Positions 9,642-21,987 of a stretch of 26,554 nt of DNA are shown here, one piece after another. The notes below the pieces were generated by a model. It was not told the DNA's origin. It saw only the letters and a program-made list of their open reading frames with translations, and searched no databases. The stretch is from Macrostomum lignano (taxonomy: Eukaryota), in NCBI GenBank assembly GCA_002269645.1, contig NIVC01003288.1, forward strand, positions 1 through 26,554, written 5' to 3'. Each line of letters starts with the position of its first letter. Positions within the stretch are counted from its first letter, which is position 1. A program made the translations under genes and the position numbers.

Positions 9642-10395
9642 CAATCCGCTTGTAAAGCTCCTTGTCCAAATCGTTGAACCTGGCCAGCACAATGAAGTAC
9701 TTGAAGCCGACCTCCACCAGGTCCTGCTTGACGTCTTCGAGTTTTCGCAGCCGGTAGAACTTGGCCACCCGAGACTCTCGAAGGCGCCAACCGAACCTGC
9801 CGATGCAGGTGCTCGGCAAGCGGACTTTCCTGGGCAGGCGGACCAGATCCTGAAGGTCCGGCTCTGCCGCTGGCTTGGACATGCCAGCCAGCTGGGCCAT
9901 CAGCTTGTACATCGCAGCCACATCTATGGTGTTCTTGATCTCCTCGGCCAGCGAGGCCTCCTGGGGACCGTTCTCCTCCACCAGGGTGATGAGGACATTG
10001 GCCATCATCTCTCTCAGCGCCAGGACCTGCTGCGGACTGCAGTCTGGCAGCTCCCGAGTCCTCAGCAGCACATTCAACACATCTACGACTTTGTTATTAA
10101 CCAGCTCGATTCGGTTGCTATGGTTACCGGCGGCGACTTCGTTTAGCGTGTCCAGCATAGCAACCAACAGGTCGATGTTCTCGCAGTCGACATTGGCGTA
10201 GATGAGGTGTACAACGGAGGCCAGGTTGTTCAGCACGTTGAACGAAGTGTAGTTGTCCTCCTGGACGCGGAGGTAGTTCTGCAGCGGCTTGAACTGGCCG
10301 TCGCACATCTGGGACATGATCTTCATTGTGCACTCGCCCGTGCCGTCCTGCAGGCTGCTCTGCGGCTCCTCCAGCTGGGTGTACATGGCGTAGCG
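9642..10395 (-). CDS. ITPR-like: Exon 19: RIH-associated domain
   Basis: ORF 9622..10386; ccccctag acceptor, GTAAGA donor; MCDGQFKPLQNYLRVQEDNYTSFNV matches IP3R LCENHNRDLQNFLR. Confidence 0.92.
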
Positions 10396-10419
10396 CTAGG
10401 GGGGGGGTGGTAGGTGATT

Positions 10420-12172
10420 TATTATTTCTAATTTCTCATTGATTATTTCTTATTGATTATTTCTTATTAATGATTTCTCAATGATGGTTTCTTATTGATT
10501 ATTTCTTATTGATTATTTCTTATTGATGGTTTCTTACTGATGATTTCTTATTAATGATTTCTCATTGATGATTTCTCATTGATGATTTCTCATTGATGAT
10601 TTTTCATTGATGATTTCTAATTGATATTTCTCATTGATGATTTCTCATTGATGGCTTCTCATTGATGGTTTCTCATTGATTATTTCTCATTGATGATTTC
10701 TCATTGATGATTTCTCATTGATGATTTCTCATTGATGATTTCTAATTGATATTTCTCATTGATGATTTCTCATTGATGATTTCTCATTGATGATTTCTCA
10801 TTATTGATTTCTCATTGATGATTTCTCATTGATTATTTCTCATTGATTATTTCTCATTGATTATTTCTCATTGATGATTTCTCATTGATGATTTCTCATT
10901 GATGATTTCTAATTGATGATTTCTCATTGATGATTTCTTATTGATGATTTCTCATTATTGATTTCTCATTGATGATTTCTCATTGATTATTTCTCATTGA
11001 TGATTTCTCATTGATGATTTCTCATTGATGATTTCTCATTGATGATTTCTTATTAATGATTTCTTATTGATGATTTCTCATTGATGATTTCTCATTGATG
11101 ATTTCTCATTGATTATTTCTCATTGATGATTTCTCATTGATGATTTCTCATTGATGATTTCTCATTGATGATTTCTCATTGATGATTTCTAATTGATATT
11201 TCTCATTGATGATTTCTCATTGATGATTTCTCATTGATGATTTCTCATTATTGATTTCTCATTGATGATTTCTCATTGATTATTTCTCATTGATTATTTC
11301 TCATTGATGATTTCTCATTGATGATTTCTCATTGATGATTTCTCATTGATGATTTCTAATTGATGATTTCTCATTGATGATTTCTTATTGATGATTTCTC
11401 ATTATTGATTTCTCATTGATGATTTCTCATTGATTATTTTTCATTGATGATTTCTCATTGATTATTTCTCATTGATGATTTCTCATTGATGATTTCTCAT
11501 TGATGATTTCTCATTGATGATTTCTTATTAATGATTTCTTATTGATGATTTCTCATTGATGATTTCTCATTGATGATTTCGTATTGATTATTTCTCATTG
11601 ATGATTTCTCATTGATGATTTCTCATTGATGATTTCTCATTGATGATTTCTCATTGATGATTTCTCATTGATTATTTCGTATTGATGATTTCTCATTGAT
11701 GATTTCTCATTGATGATTTCTCATTGATGATTTCTCATTGATGATTTCTCATTGATGATTTCTCATTGATGATTTCTCATTATTGATTTCTCATTGATGA
11801 TTTCTCATTGATGATTTCTCATTGATGATTTCTCATTGATGATTTCTCATTGATGATTTCTCATTGATGATTTCTCATTGATGATTTCTCATTGATGATT
11901 TCTCATTATTGATTTCTCATTGATGATTTCTCATTGATGATTTCTCATTGATGGTTTCTCATTGATGATTTCTCATTGATGATTTCTCATTGATGACTTC
12001 TCATTGATGATTTCTCATTGATGATTTCTCATTGATGATTTCTCATTGATGATTTCTCATTGATGGTTTCTCATTGATGATTTCTCATTGATGACTTCTT
12101 ATTGATGATTTCTCATTGATGATTTCTCATTGATGATTTCTCATTGATGACTTCTCATTGATGATTTCTCTT
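10420..12172. repeat. Intronic 14-bp minisatellite (gatttctcattgat), ~125 copies
   Basis: Directly visible; left edge is degenerate. Confidence 0.97.
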
Positions 12173-12914
12173 CACTTCCTTTTAAATTTCTCTTCTGATT
12201 TCACAATGAACCTCAAAATTGATGCCACTGGAATCGAATCACCGGCCTTTCTCAGAAACTTTCGGAGAAAATCGAACGAGAAAAAAATCGCTAATTCAGT
12301 TGTTCAAATAAATTGTCCATGAATTTCACTACTAGAGTCCTTGAGTAGTGCATGTATTCTCAATAATCTTATAGCAATCCAGATGCCAGGCTAAAATCTT
12401 ACAAGACGCCATGGACTGTCTTACGGAAATTCGATTATGAAAGGTTCAGCCTGTACTTTTACAGTGGAGTAATACTATTATTATTCTGGCGGCTCGAAAA
12501 GTCGGATAGCTTGATGAAGGATTTAATCAAATTGCAGCTGAAGAAAGACATGGCTCTCCTTAATCCCGCAGAACTTTATTAGCATATAGTAGAAAGGTTT
12601 TTCCACTTTTTGTGCATTTTTTAAATCGATTCTGTCGCAGATGGCTCTCTTTAATGCTAGCAATTACAATTTCTAATTTCTTTTCCATGAACTTTGAAGA
12701 AAAAAACATGAATTTTTTTTCTACACGGATTAAAATCTAAAAAACGGGCCTCCCACTGGCATGAATTCAAAGAATCTTCATACTCGCATCTTTTCTAAAA
12801 AGAAAAAGAAAATTCCCTAATTTATATCCCGGTAACTTAATTTCTAACAGAACATTCGATTTCGAAGTCCTTGAACGCCTGATTTGGATTTGAAACCCAC
12901 AAAAAGAGGCATCT

Positions 12915-13128
12915 GGATTTGGAAAGTTTTGAATCCCAGTTTTAATGATTTGGAAATTGGAGAATCCCAGTTTTAATGATTTGGAAAGTGGCGAATCCCA
13001 GTTTTAATGATTTGGAAAGTAGGGAATCCCAGTTTTAATGATTTGGAAATTGGGGAATCCCAGTTTTAATGATTTGGAAAGTTGGGAATCCCAGTTTTAA
13101 TGATTTGGAAAATAGGGAATCCCAGTTG
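12915..13128. repeat. Intronic 31-bp tandem repeat (gaatcccagttttaatgatttggaaa...), ~6-7 copies
   Basis: gaatccc recurs at 12931, 12962, 12993 and onward. Confidence 0.92.
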
Positions 13129-13263
13129 TAGTGTTTTAGATTCCCTAATCACAGTAATTCCTTTAAAGCCAATATTAAAAATGGGGATTTCCTATAAAAA
13201 ATGGGATAAAAAATTATTCAATTCCTAAGCTACTCGGTAATCCTAGCTAAATCTCACTCTCAC

Positions 13264-13500
13264 CTGCGCGTCGGACTTCCGTTTGAGGTTGGCCTCGGTG
13301 TACCGAATGCTGTCGCTGGCCAAGCGCACGAGCTCGAACTGCTCGTTGAAGGCGAACCGGCCGCGCTGCTCCGTGAACTCTCGCTTGCGCCTGGCGTCGC
13401 GTCGGCGTTTAATCTGCAGGCCGAGGTCTTTGAGCAGGGAGTCCAGGGCGCAGAAGAAGTGCTCGACCCGAGTTGTCACGAAGAAGTCGATCATGTCTTG
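13264..13500 (-). CDS. ITPR-like: Exon 18 (QDMIDFFVTTRVEHFF...KSDAQ)
   Basis: ORF 13243..13494; cccgcag acceptor, GTGAGA donor, phase 0/0. Confidence 0.85.
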
Positions 13501-13519
13501 CTGCGGGTTGCTCCGCGAG

Positions 13520-13870
13520 TGGGATTCGGTTAGAAATTTGGATTCGGATTATCGGGAATGGGATACGGATTATTGGAAATGGGATTCGGATTATCGGGAA
13601 TGGGATACGGATTATTGGAAATGGGATTCGGATTATCGGGAATGGGATTCGGATTATCGGGAATGGGATTCGGATTATCGGGAATGGGATTCGGATTATC
13701 GGGCATGGGATTCGGATTATCGGGAATGGGATTCGGATTATCGGGCATGGGATTCGGATTATCGGGTATGGGATTCGGATTATCGGGAATAGGATTCGGA
13801 TTATCGGAAATGCGATTTGGATTATCGGGAATGGGATTTGGATTACCGGGCATGGGATTTATGGGATTTG
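13520..13870. repeat. Intronic 21-bp minisatellite (ggattcggattatcgggaatg), ~16 copies
   Basis: Visible; gives 7-aa periodic ORFs. Confidence 0.95.
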
Positions 13871-13918
13871 CACTGGGACCGTGAAATTGAATTGAAATTT
13901 GATGGCCTTTCTTTTTAC

Positions 13919-14075
13919 CTGCTGCACCTCGGACACGTTAAACAGCAGCATCTGGAGAAAGGCGTAGATTTGCTTGGAAGATTTCGACAGCGGATCGATG
14001 AGATGGGCGGACATGGCCTCGTTGGGATTGTGCTGGCTGATGGCCAGCTGGATGGCTCTGATGTGGCGCAGTTGG
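13919..14075 (-). CDS. ITPR-like: Exon 17 (QLRHIRAIQ...LQMLLFNVSEVQQ)
   Basis: Within ORF 13859..14098; cctctgcag acceptor (phase 2), GTAAAA donor (phase 0). Confidence 0.83.
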
Positions 14076-14115
14076 CTGCAGAGGGGGGAAGAGAGCAATC
14101 ATTGATGTTGCTTTT

Positions 14116-14540
14116 CATAGATCCCAGTTCCAGATCATAGATCCCAGTTCCAGATCATAGATCCCAGTTCCAGATCATAGATCCCAGTTCCAGATCATAG
14201 ATCCCAGTTCCAGATCATAGATCCCAGTTCCAGATCATACATCCCAGTTCCAGATCATAGATCCCAGTTCCAGATCATCATAGATCCCAGTTCCAGATCA
14301 TAGATCCCAGTTCCAGATCATAGATCCCAGTTCCAGATCATACATCCCAGTTCCAGATCATAGATCCCAGTTCCAGATCATACATCCCAGTTCCAGATCA
14401 TAGATCCCAGTTCCAGATCATAGATCGCAGTTCCAGATCATAGATCCCAGTTCCAGATCATAGATCCCAGTTCCAGATCATAGATCCCAGTTCCAGATCA
14501 TAGATCCCAGTTCCAGATCCAAGTCCCAGTTCCGGATCTC
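14116..14540. repeat. Intronic 20-bp minisatellite (atagatcccagttccagatc), ~21 copies
   Basis: Directly visible. Confidence 0.96.
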
Positions 14541-14548
14541 AGACTCAC

Positions 14549-14861
14549 AAAATAATCTTTGGCTCGCGCAGCCGGTTTTCCCAGTCGTCCGGCAGCTTCA
14601 CCACCTGGTTGTGAATGGCCCCGCGCAGCACTTGAAGGCAGCGGACGTTCAGCTCTTCCTGACGCTCCTTCTCGCGCCCGCGCAGACCGGACAGGAGGCC
14701 GGCCGAGTGCACCTGAGCTACCAGGACGCCCAAGTTGCGGTAGCGGTTGCGCCAGTGCTCCGGTATCAGGTCGGAGTAGTTCTTATCCAAGAAGGTGTCG
14801 ATGAAGTGTTGAAACTCTTCACCCAGGGGCAGCTCTTTCACGGTGCCAATTTCTGAGTAGC
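14549..14861 (-). CDS. ITPR-like: Exon 16 (YSEIGTVKELPLGEEF...EPKII)
   Basis: ORF 14545..14841; cccgcag acceptor (phase 1), GTGAGT donor (phase 2). Confidence 0.85.
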
Positions 14862-14934
14862 CTGCGGGCGGGTGCGTCGGTTCATGATTGATAGAATGTT
14901 TGACCTTCGCTGATATTCATGGCTGATATCAATG

Positions 14935-15085
14935 ACACCATCTATGAATGACCTGCTGCATATATGACCATCTATGAATGACCTACTACATCAATGAACA
15001 TCTATTAATGACCTACTAGATCTATGACCATCTATGAATGACCTATTACATCTACGACCATATTTGAATGACCTACTACAGCCAA
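14935..15085. repeat. Degenerate ~30-bp tandem repeat (tctatgaatgacctactacatctatgacca)
   Basis: About five diverged units. Confidence 0.75.
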
Positions 15086-15160
15086 GATCATTTGTTAAAA
15101 TCTATGGACGACCAACACAACATTTATGACACCAACACACCGATGGCATATCCTTCTCCT

Positions 15161-15516
15161 TTTATTTTATTTTTTATTAGAGGCAGGGGGTTGTGTGCAC
15201 TTTAAGCGACATAGGCACACAACCGGCGAGAGGCATTACTGCCCATTCCGCCGACTCCCCTGAGCAGGCATACAAGCGCGCGGATACGTACGCAGGCACA
15301 CACTCTCACAGGAGTGTACAGCGGCCCTAACTTTATTTTATCGTTAGGCATGTACACTTCACTGCGCCTTGGGGGTTGGCTCTCAAGGGCGTTAATTGCA
15401 CGAGCAGAGCCAAGCCGAGATTCCAATTCAGCCCCAAATTAATGTGACTGCACTTGGAATCGAGCCTGGGTCGCTGGCACACCAGAGCAGCTGCGCTACC
15501 GCTGGGCTACGGCCCC
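15161..15516 (-). mobile_element. Young tRNA-derived SINE (family A), second copy, A-rich tail
   Basis: Colinear with 6501-6861 apart from a few substitutions and short indels; tail TAATAAAAATAAAATAAAA. Confidence 0.85.
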
Positions 15517-15721
15517 CCTTTACCCTTCTTCTTACACACGAACTTATCATCCTAAAATCGGCTATTTTTACTGCACCCATAAATGACGGACGCTCGAAAA
15601 CTGGAATTCATATTTTATTGACGATTCCAAAAATTACTCAACTACCCAGTTATGACCATTCATCAATAAACAACCGTCAATGATCTCTTACCAATGACCA
15701 CTCGTCTATGATCGATTACCA

Positions 15722-16111
15722 CTCATCAATGACCCAAGCATCTCATCAATGACATAAGCGTCTCATCAATGACCCAAGCGTCTCATCAATGACCCAAGCG
15801 TCTCATCAATGACATAAGCGTCTCATCAATGACCCAAGCGTCTCATCAATGACCCAAGGGTCTCATCAATGACCCAAGCGTCTCATCAATGACTTAAGCA
15901 TCTCATACGTGACCCAAGCGTCTCATTAATGACCCAAGCATCTCATACGTGACCCAAGCGTCTCATTAATGACCCAAGCATCTCATACGTGACCCAAGCG
16001 TCTCATTAATGACCCAAGCGTCTCATCAATGACCCAAGCGTCTCATCAATGACCCAAGCGTCTCATCAATGACCCAAGCGTCTCATCAATGACCCAAGCG
16101 TCTTATCAATG
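15722..16111. repeat. Intronic 20-bp minisatellite (gacccaagcgtctcatcaat), ~19 copies
   Basis: Directly visible. Confidence 0.96.
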
Positions 16112-16117
16112 ACTCAC

Positions 16118-16641
16118 AGGCGGGATTTCTATCCACTCCGTGCACCTGAGCCTCAACCGTGTTGCGACCCTCGTAGACCCGTCTGCACCTATCGTTGAAC
16201 TTGATGAACTCATCATAGGTAGTGAGCTCTTCGGCGAAGTGGCTAATCAGAGCCAGTCTCTCCTCCTCGCCGATGACGTGCTTCTCGGCGAAGTAGCCCA
16301 TCACTGTGCAGGCGTCCTTGGCGGCGTCGATCATCTTGACGAGCTCCGAGTGCCAGGCCGACACCCGGTTGAGCGTCTCGGCTTTCATCTGTTCGACCTT
16401 CTCGAACCAGCCCAGCAGGGTGCAGAGCTGGTACTGGTTCATCGCGTACTGGCTCACGAGGCAGGCGAACGAGTTCAGCGAGGACAGGAACTGCTCGAAG
16501 GAAGCCTTGGCCGACTCGTCCGTGAGCGCCATGGGGTAGAACACCCGGCTGAGCAGGCTGACTGTCATTGGCAGCAGGCCGTCCATGATGTAGTTCACCT
16601 TCAGCTCCATCCCCGACATCACGTTGAAGTTGCCGGCCGGT
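16118..16641 (-). CDS. ITPR-like: Exon 15 (armadillo-like regulatory region)
   Basis: ORF 16086..16664; cctacag acceptor (phase 2), GTGAGT donor (phase 1); GC-rich codon usage. Confidence 0.85.
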
Positions 16642-16675
16642 CTGTAGGTGGGGTTGGAAATCACTTTTTAAACTG

Positions 16676-16845
16676 GGAATGGGACTCGGACTAGGACTGG
16701 GACTGGGACTGGGACTCGGACTGGGACTGGGACTGGGACTGGGACTTTGACTGGGACTGGGACTCTGACTGGGACTGGGACTCGGAATCGGATTCGGACT
16801 GGGATTGGAACTGGGACTGGAACTGGGGTTGGGACGGACTGGGAT
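16676..16845. repeat. Intronic hexanucleotide repeat (gggact)n
   Basis: Directly visible. Confidence 0.92.
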
Positions 16846-16926
16846 CCATGGGCTTTTCAAGGTCAAGCGCGAATAAGTGCACGTTCCACTAATTCTTTTC
16901 GATAATTTTTCTGCTCCTGAACTCAC

Positions 16927-17043
16927 TGTTTAACCTCCTGCGCCTTCATGATCATGCAGATCTCCTCCTGCGGCAGCTCCTCCAGGCTGCGCACGATGGC
17001 GTCGATGTCTTCGGCGCAGAGCAGCATCAGCTGCCACAGTTCG
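16927..17043 (-). CDS. ITPR-like: Exon 14 (ELWQLMLLCAEDIDAIVRSLEELPQEEICMIMKAQEVKQ)
   Basis: aatccgcag acceptor, GTGAGT donor, phase 2/2. Translated by hand, not in the ORF track. Confidence 0.82.
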
Positions 17044-17194
17044 CTGCGGATTAGCGATAATTAATGAATTTATTCAAGGCTTCCTTCCAGCTGTTTGCAA
17101 TATTTTGTTACTTCTAGTAATGCTAAAAGAACTGGGCGTTTGAAAAGCCTCTTTAACCACTGTATGTCTGACACTTCTAGTAGGACAATACTGA

Positions 17195-17718
17195 AGACGC
17201 ATCTCAGGCCTACTAAAAACATCTCAGGGATACTAAACATCTCAGACATGCTAAAAACATCTCAAACATACTAAAGACACATCTCAGGCATACTAAACAC
17301 ATCTCAGACATACTAAAGACACCTCAGGCATATTGAAGACACATCTCAGGCATACTAAACACCTCAGGCATATTGAAGACACACCTCAGGCATACTAAAC
17401 ATCTCAGGCATACTAAACACATCTCAGGCATACTAAACATCTCAGGCATACTAAACACATCTCAGGCATAGTGGACAAATCTCAGACACAACGGAAACAT
17501 CTCAGACATACTAAAGACAACTCAGACACAGTGGACACATCTCAGACATAACGGACGCATCTTATACACAGTGGACACATCCCAGACACACTAAAGACAC
17601 ATCCCAGACACACTACAGACACATCCCAGACACACTACAGACACATCCCAGACACACTACAGACACATCCCAGACACACTAAAGACACATCCCAGACACA
17701 CTACAGACACATCCCAGA
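17195..17718. repeat. Intronic compound minisatellite: ~19-21 bp (catctcaggcatactaaac) grading into 22 bp (acatcccagacacactacagac)
   Basis: Directly visible. Confidence 0.9.
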
Positions 17719-17727
17719 AGTCCTCAC

Positions 17728-17912
17728 GGGTTGTACTGCAGCTCGTCAATCCGAGTCTCCAAGCGGTCGGACGCGGCGCTCACGAAGACTTCGTCAAAGA
17801 AGCGAATCAGAACGGCCTTCATGCGGAAGCTGTCGGCATTGACGGTGCATTTCACCACATCCTCTAGCCGGAACATCTTCATGCACATCGACTCGATGAA
17901 GCTGCGGTCCGT
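17728..17912 (-). CDS. ITPR-like: Exon 13 (TDRSFIESMCMKMF...ELQYNP)
   Basis: ORF 17724..17930; ctctcgcag acceptor (phase 0), GTGAGG donor (phase 2). Confidence 0.85.
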
Positions 17913-18016
17913 CTGCGAGAGCGGACGCACTTATTCATAAATATCTCATTATTCTACTGACAGTAGTACGGGAAATGTTGCTAAACAGTTGCTACACAGT
18001 TGCTAAATAAAATGTA

Positions 18017-18550
18017 TAGTATTTAGCAACTCTCCTACTATCAGTAGTATTTAGCAACTCTCCTACTATCAGTAGTATTTAGCAACTCTCCTACTATCAG
18101 TAGTATTTAGCAACTCTCCTACTATCAGTAGTATTTAGCAACTCTCCTACTATCAGTAGTATTTAGCAACTCTCCTACTATCAGTAGTATTTAGCAACTC
18201 TCCTACTATCAGTAGTATTTAGCAACTCTCCTACTATCAGTAGTATTTAGCAACTCTCCTACTATCAGTAGTATTTAGCAACTCTCCTACTATCAGTAGT
18301 ATTTAGCAACTCTCCTACTATCAGTAGTATTTAGCAACTCTCCTACTATCAGTAGTATTTAGCAACTCTCCTACTATCAGTAGTATTTAGCAACTCTCCT
18401 ACTATCAGTAGTATTTAGCAACTCTCCTACTATCAGTAGTACTTAGCAACTCTCCTACTATCAGTAGTACTTAGCAACTCTCCAACTATCAGTAGTATTC
18501 AGTAACAATCCTACTCAGTATACAGCAACAATCCTACTATCAGTAGTATT
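18017..18550. repeat. Intronic 28-bp minisatellite (tagtatttagcaactctcctactatcag), ~19 copies, highly homogeneous
   Basis: Directly visible. Confidence 0.97.
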
Positions 18551-18579
18551 CAACGTCAACTCAGAAAGCCGACACCAAC

Positions 18580-18864
18580 CCGGCAGCAGCAGGTAAGCAG
18601 CTCCAGGAACGCCAGGTAATAGTCGCTGCTCTCGGGATCCTCCAGAGCCTCCTTCCAAGCGCGCCAGTCGCCGGATATGCCACCCATGCGGCTGTAGTTC
18701 TCCATCACCAGCTTGATGATGATGGAGATGTTGCGCAGATTCAGGTCGGCCGTGCTGCTGCTGTAGGTGGATCGGATCAACAGGTAGAACACTTCCGGCA
18801 GTTTGCGCTGGCACTTGATGGCGATGTCTATGATCTGCTTAAAGTCGCGCTCCGTCATCTGCTC
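18580..18864 (-). CDS. ITPR-like: Exon 12: second RIH region (EQMTERDF...YYLAFLELLTCCCR)
   Basis: ORF 18556..18870; aattgcag acceptor; the donor GTTGGT is weaker and was chosen for phase and homology spacing. Confidence 0.8.
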
Positions 18865-18897
18865 CTGCAATTTGATAGAGTCCGAGTAGTCTGCATG

Positions 18898-19292
<395 letters not shown>

Positions 19293-19310
19293 GCCCGCCC
19301 GTCAGCCCAC

Positions 19311-19493
19311 CTGGAACGCGGCGCACTGCTGAAACACGCCAATGAACAGCGGCACAGTGCTGGCATAGTTGTGCTCCAACGATAGAATAAACGGCATCCG
19401 CTGGAACACCTGCTGAGAGATGACGTCATTGCCACGGCACCAAACGTCGATGAAGTTTACCATTTCTTGGAACAGCTCGTCGTGTTGGTCCTC
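19311..19493 (-). CDS. ITPR-like: Exon 11 ([30 protein letters not shown]...QQCAAFQ)
   Basis: atcttag acceptor, GTGGGC donor, 61 codons; WCRGN resembles IP3R FCAGN. Translated by hand. Confidence 0.85.
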
Positions 19494-19608
19494 CTAAGAT
19501 TTCATGCAGAATAAAAGTAATAAAATTAAATTGGTGCCAATAACCGAATGTAGGCAGCACTAATAACCGGATGTAGAGAGCATCAATAATACGCGGTAAC
19601 GCTCTCAC

Positions 19609-20004
19609 CGTCTCCAATGTGTGGTGCGGCCTGCTCAGAATGCCGTCAACCAGGTCCATCGCGTCGTGGCTGAGTATGATCATCTGGTTGATGAGATGCG
19701 GCTGGCCCTGGTAGCGGCAGTAACCGGTCAGCTCCCTGAGTATCCTGATCATCCTCCTGCAGTTGTGCTTGCCCCACTGTGAGTGAATCAAAATGCGCAG
19801 CTTCGGCATCTTGTTGAGCAGCCGCAGGTGCAGCCGCCTCGACTCCTCAGTTGAACAGAAATACGCCCGCCTGGCCGACTCGTACATGCCGCTCTTGGCG
19901 AAGAAGTACTTGCACATCGCTGCCGTGGCTTTCTGCACCAGATCATCCGTGCTGTACAAAGCCAGGTCCAGCATGACGCTCTGGAATCGCTGCATGTTGA
20001 TCAC
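19609..20004 (-). CDS. ITPR-like: Exon 10 (VINMQRFQSVMLDL...PHHTLET)
   Basis: Part of ORF 19426..20919; cccggcag acceptor, GTGAGA donor, phase 0/0. Confidence 0.87.
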
Positions 20005-20025
20005 CTGCCGGGGGTTGAAGAAGAT

Positions 20026-20295
<270 letters not shown>

Positions 20296-20301
20296 GATTA
20301 C

Positions 20302-21024
20302 CTGCACAGAGTTGTACATCTGTATGATCTGCTGCTTCATCTTGGCCACCTGGCGCTGAGATTTGGCATCGCTAGCGTCCGGGTTGAAGTCCTCGTCAAG
20401 GATGGACAGGAAGGTGCAGATGCGCAGGTTGGCCTCCTCCTGGCGGTAGTGCTTGGCCGCGATGAACAGGCGGATGTACTCGCCAAGGCACTGGTTCTTC
20501 ACCTGGTCCATGATGAGCGTCAGCACGTCGATGCCGCGCACCTTGGCCTTGAGCATGAACCGGTTCTCGAACTTCACTCGGTACCTGTCGGTCTCTCGGA
20601 ACCGCCTGAGCAGCGCCTTTTCAGACTCGGCGCGGTGCTCGTCGCGCAGCTTCAAGCTGGGGTAGTCGGTGCGGCCGTCCAGCACCTCCAGGATGGTGTC
20701 GCTGAGCCGTGCGCAGGCCACCTGCTCGGAGTAGAAGCCGAACTTCACCAGCACGGCGATCAGCTCGAACACCTGCTTCAAAAAGACGTTCTCAGCGAAG
20801 TTGTCCTGCACCATGTGCCGACTCTCGAGCAGGTACTTCTCTGCCCAGTCCATCAGGTCCAGTATTTTGTCCTCGTTGCCTGAAGCGCCGCCTGCAGCAC
20901 CGCCCTTGCTGGTCTGCATCTCGAACTCGATGCTGCTGCTGCTGGCCCCGTGACCGTATCCGGCACCTCGTCGAACTCCGGCTGCGGAAGTGTCTCGTTT
21001 GCCTGCGGAACGGGTTTTTGCGGA
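20302..21024 (-). CDS. ITPR-like: Exon 9 (low-complexity start, then ...FELIAVLVKFGFYS...MYNSVQ); 5' boundary uncertain
   Basis: Part of ORF 19426..20919; GTAATC donor. The nearest phase-0 acceptor that keeps the whole open frame is ccagccag at 21025. LVKFGFYS matches IP3R LIYFGFY. Confidence 0.78.
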
Positions 21025-21097
21025 CTGGCTGGCTAAGTTCTGTTATGTGGTTGCGTACCCCTGATTCATTTGGGGTGGAGCGGCAGAGGGGAGACTC

Positions 21098-21333
21098 TGT
21101 GAGTTCATGAGTGAGCATGAGTGAGTTCGTGATTGAGTTCATGAGTGAGTTCGTGAGTGAGTTCGTGAGTGAGTTCATGAGTGAGTTCGTGAGTGAGTTC
21201 ATGAGTGAGTTCATGAGTGAGTTCATGAGTGAGTTCGTGAGTGAGTTCATGAGTGAGTTCGTGAGTGAGTTCATGAGTGAGTTCATGAGTGAGTTCATGA
21301 GTGAGTTCATGAGTGAGTTCATGAGTGAGTTCA
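21098..21333. repeat. 12-bp minisatellite (gagtgagttcat/cgt), ~19 copies
   Basis: Directly visible. Confidence 0.95.
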
Positions 21334-21444
21334 CAAGTTAGTTTGAGTTAGTTACAAAGTGTTAAGAAAGGTTACAAAAGTTATAAAATATTAATAATCA
21401 GCCTTCAAAAACTTTTTCATTAATCAAACGCTTGGATTGGATAC

Positions 21445-21669
21445 CTTTTCAACTTCTTCTGCATTCTTGACGTAGTCGAAGCAGGTGAGGGTGTGCTCAA
21501 CTATTGAGTAGCGGGTGCCAACGTCGATAAACATGACGGTGATCACCTCGCAGAACTTGGCTCGGATGTCGCTTGGCATGATGTCGGAGCGCAGGCAGAG
21601 GAAGGCGCTGTCCCAGTTAATCAGCTCCAGACTGCTAGTGATCTGCTGAATGCCTTCGATATTGCGCTC
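21445..21669 (-). CDS. ITPR-like: Exon 8 (ERNIEGIQQI...SDIRAKFCEVITVMFIDV...EEVEK)
   Basis: Part of ORF 21424..22107; ccccgcag acceptor, GTATCC donor; resembles IP3R DLRASFCRLMLHMHVD. Confidence 0.85.
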
Positions 21670-21687
21670 CTGCGGGGTTGGACAGTG

Positions 21688-21982
21688 GGATGGCACGCTG
21701 GAATGGCACACTGGAATGGCACACTGGAATGGCACACTTGGAATGGCACACTGGAATGGCACACTGGAATGGCACACTGGAATGGCACACTGGAATGGCA
21801 CACTGGAATGGCACACTGGAATGGCACACTGGAATGGCACACTGGAATGGCACACTGGAATGGCACACTGGAATGGCACACTGGAATGGCACACTGGAAT
21901 GGCACACTGGAATGGCACACTGGAATGGCACACTGGAATGGCACACTGGAATGGCACACTGGAATGGCACACTGGAATGGCA
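21688..21982. repeat. 13-bp minisatellite (ggaatggcacact), ~22 copies
   Basis: Directly visible. Confidence 0.97.
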
Positions 21983-21987
21983 CTTAC

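Noticed and set aside
13283-14140. Periodic ORFs (WDSDYRE, GNGIRII, DNPNPIP)
   Set aside because: They are translations of the 21-bp intronic repeat plus antisense exon sequence.
3655-18550. Regular 20-33 bp repeats as CRISPR arrays
   Set aside because: Units are directly tandem with no unique spacers, there are no cas genes, and the context is a spliced eukaryotic gene.
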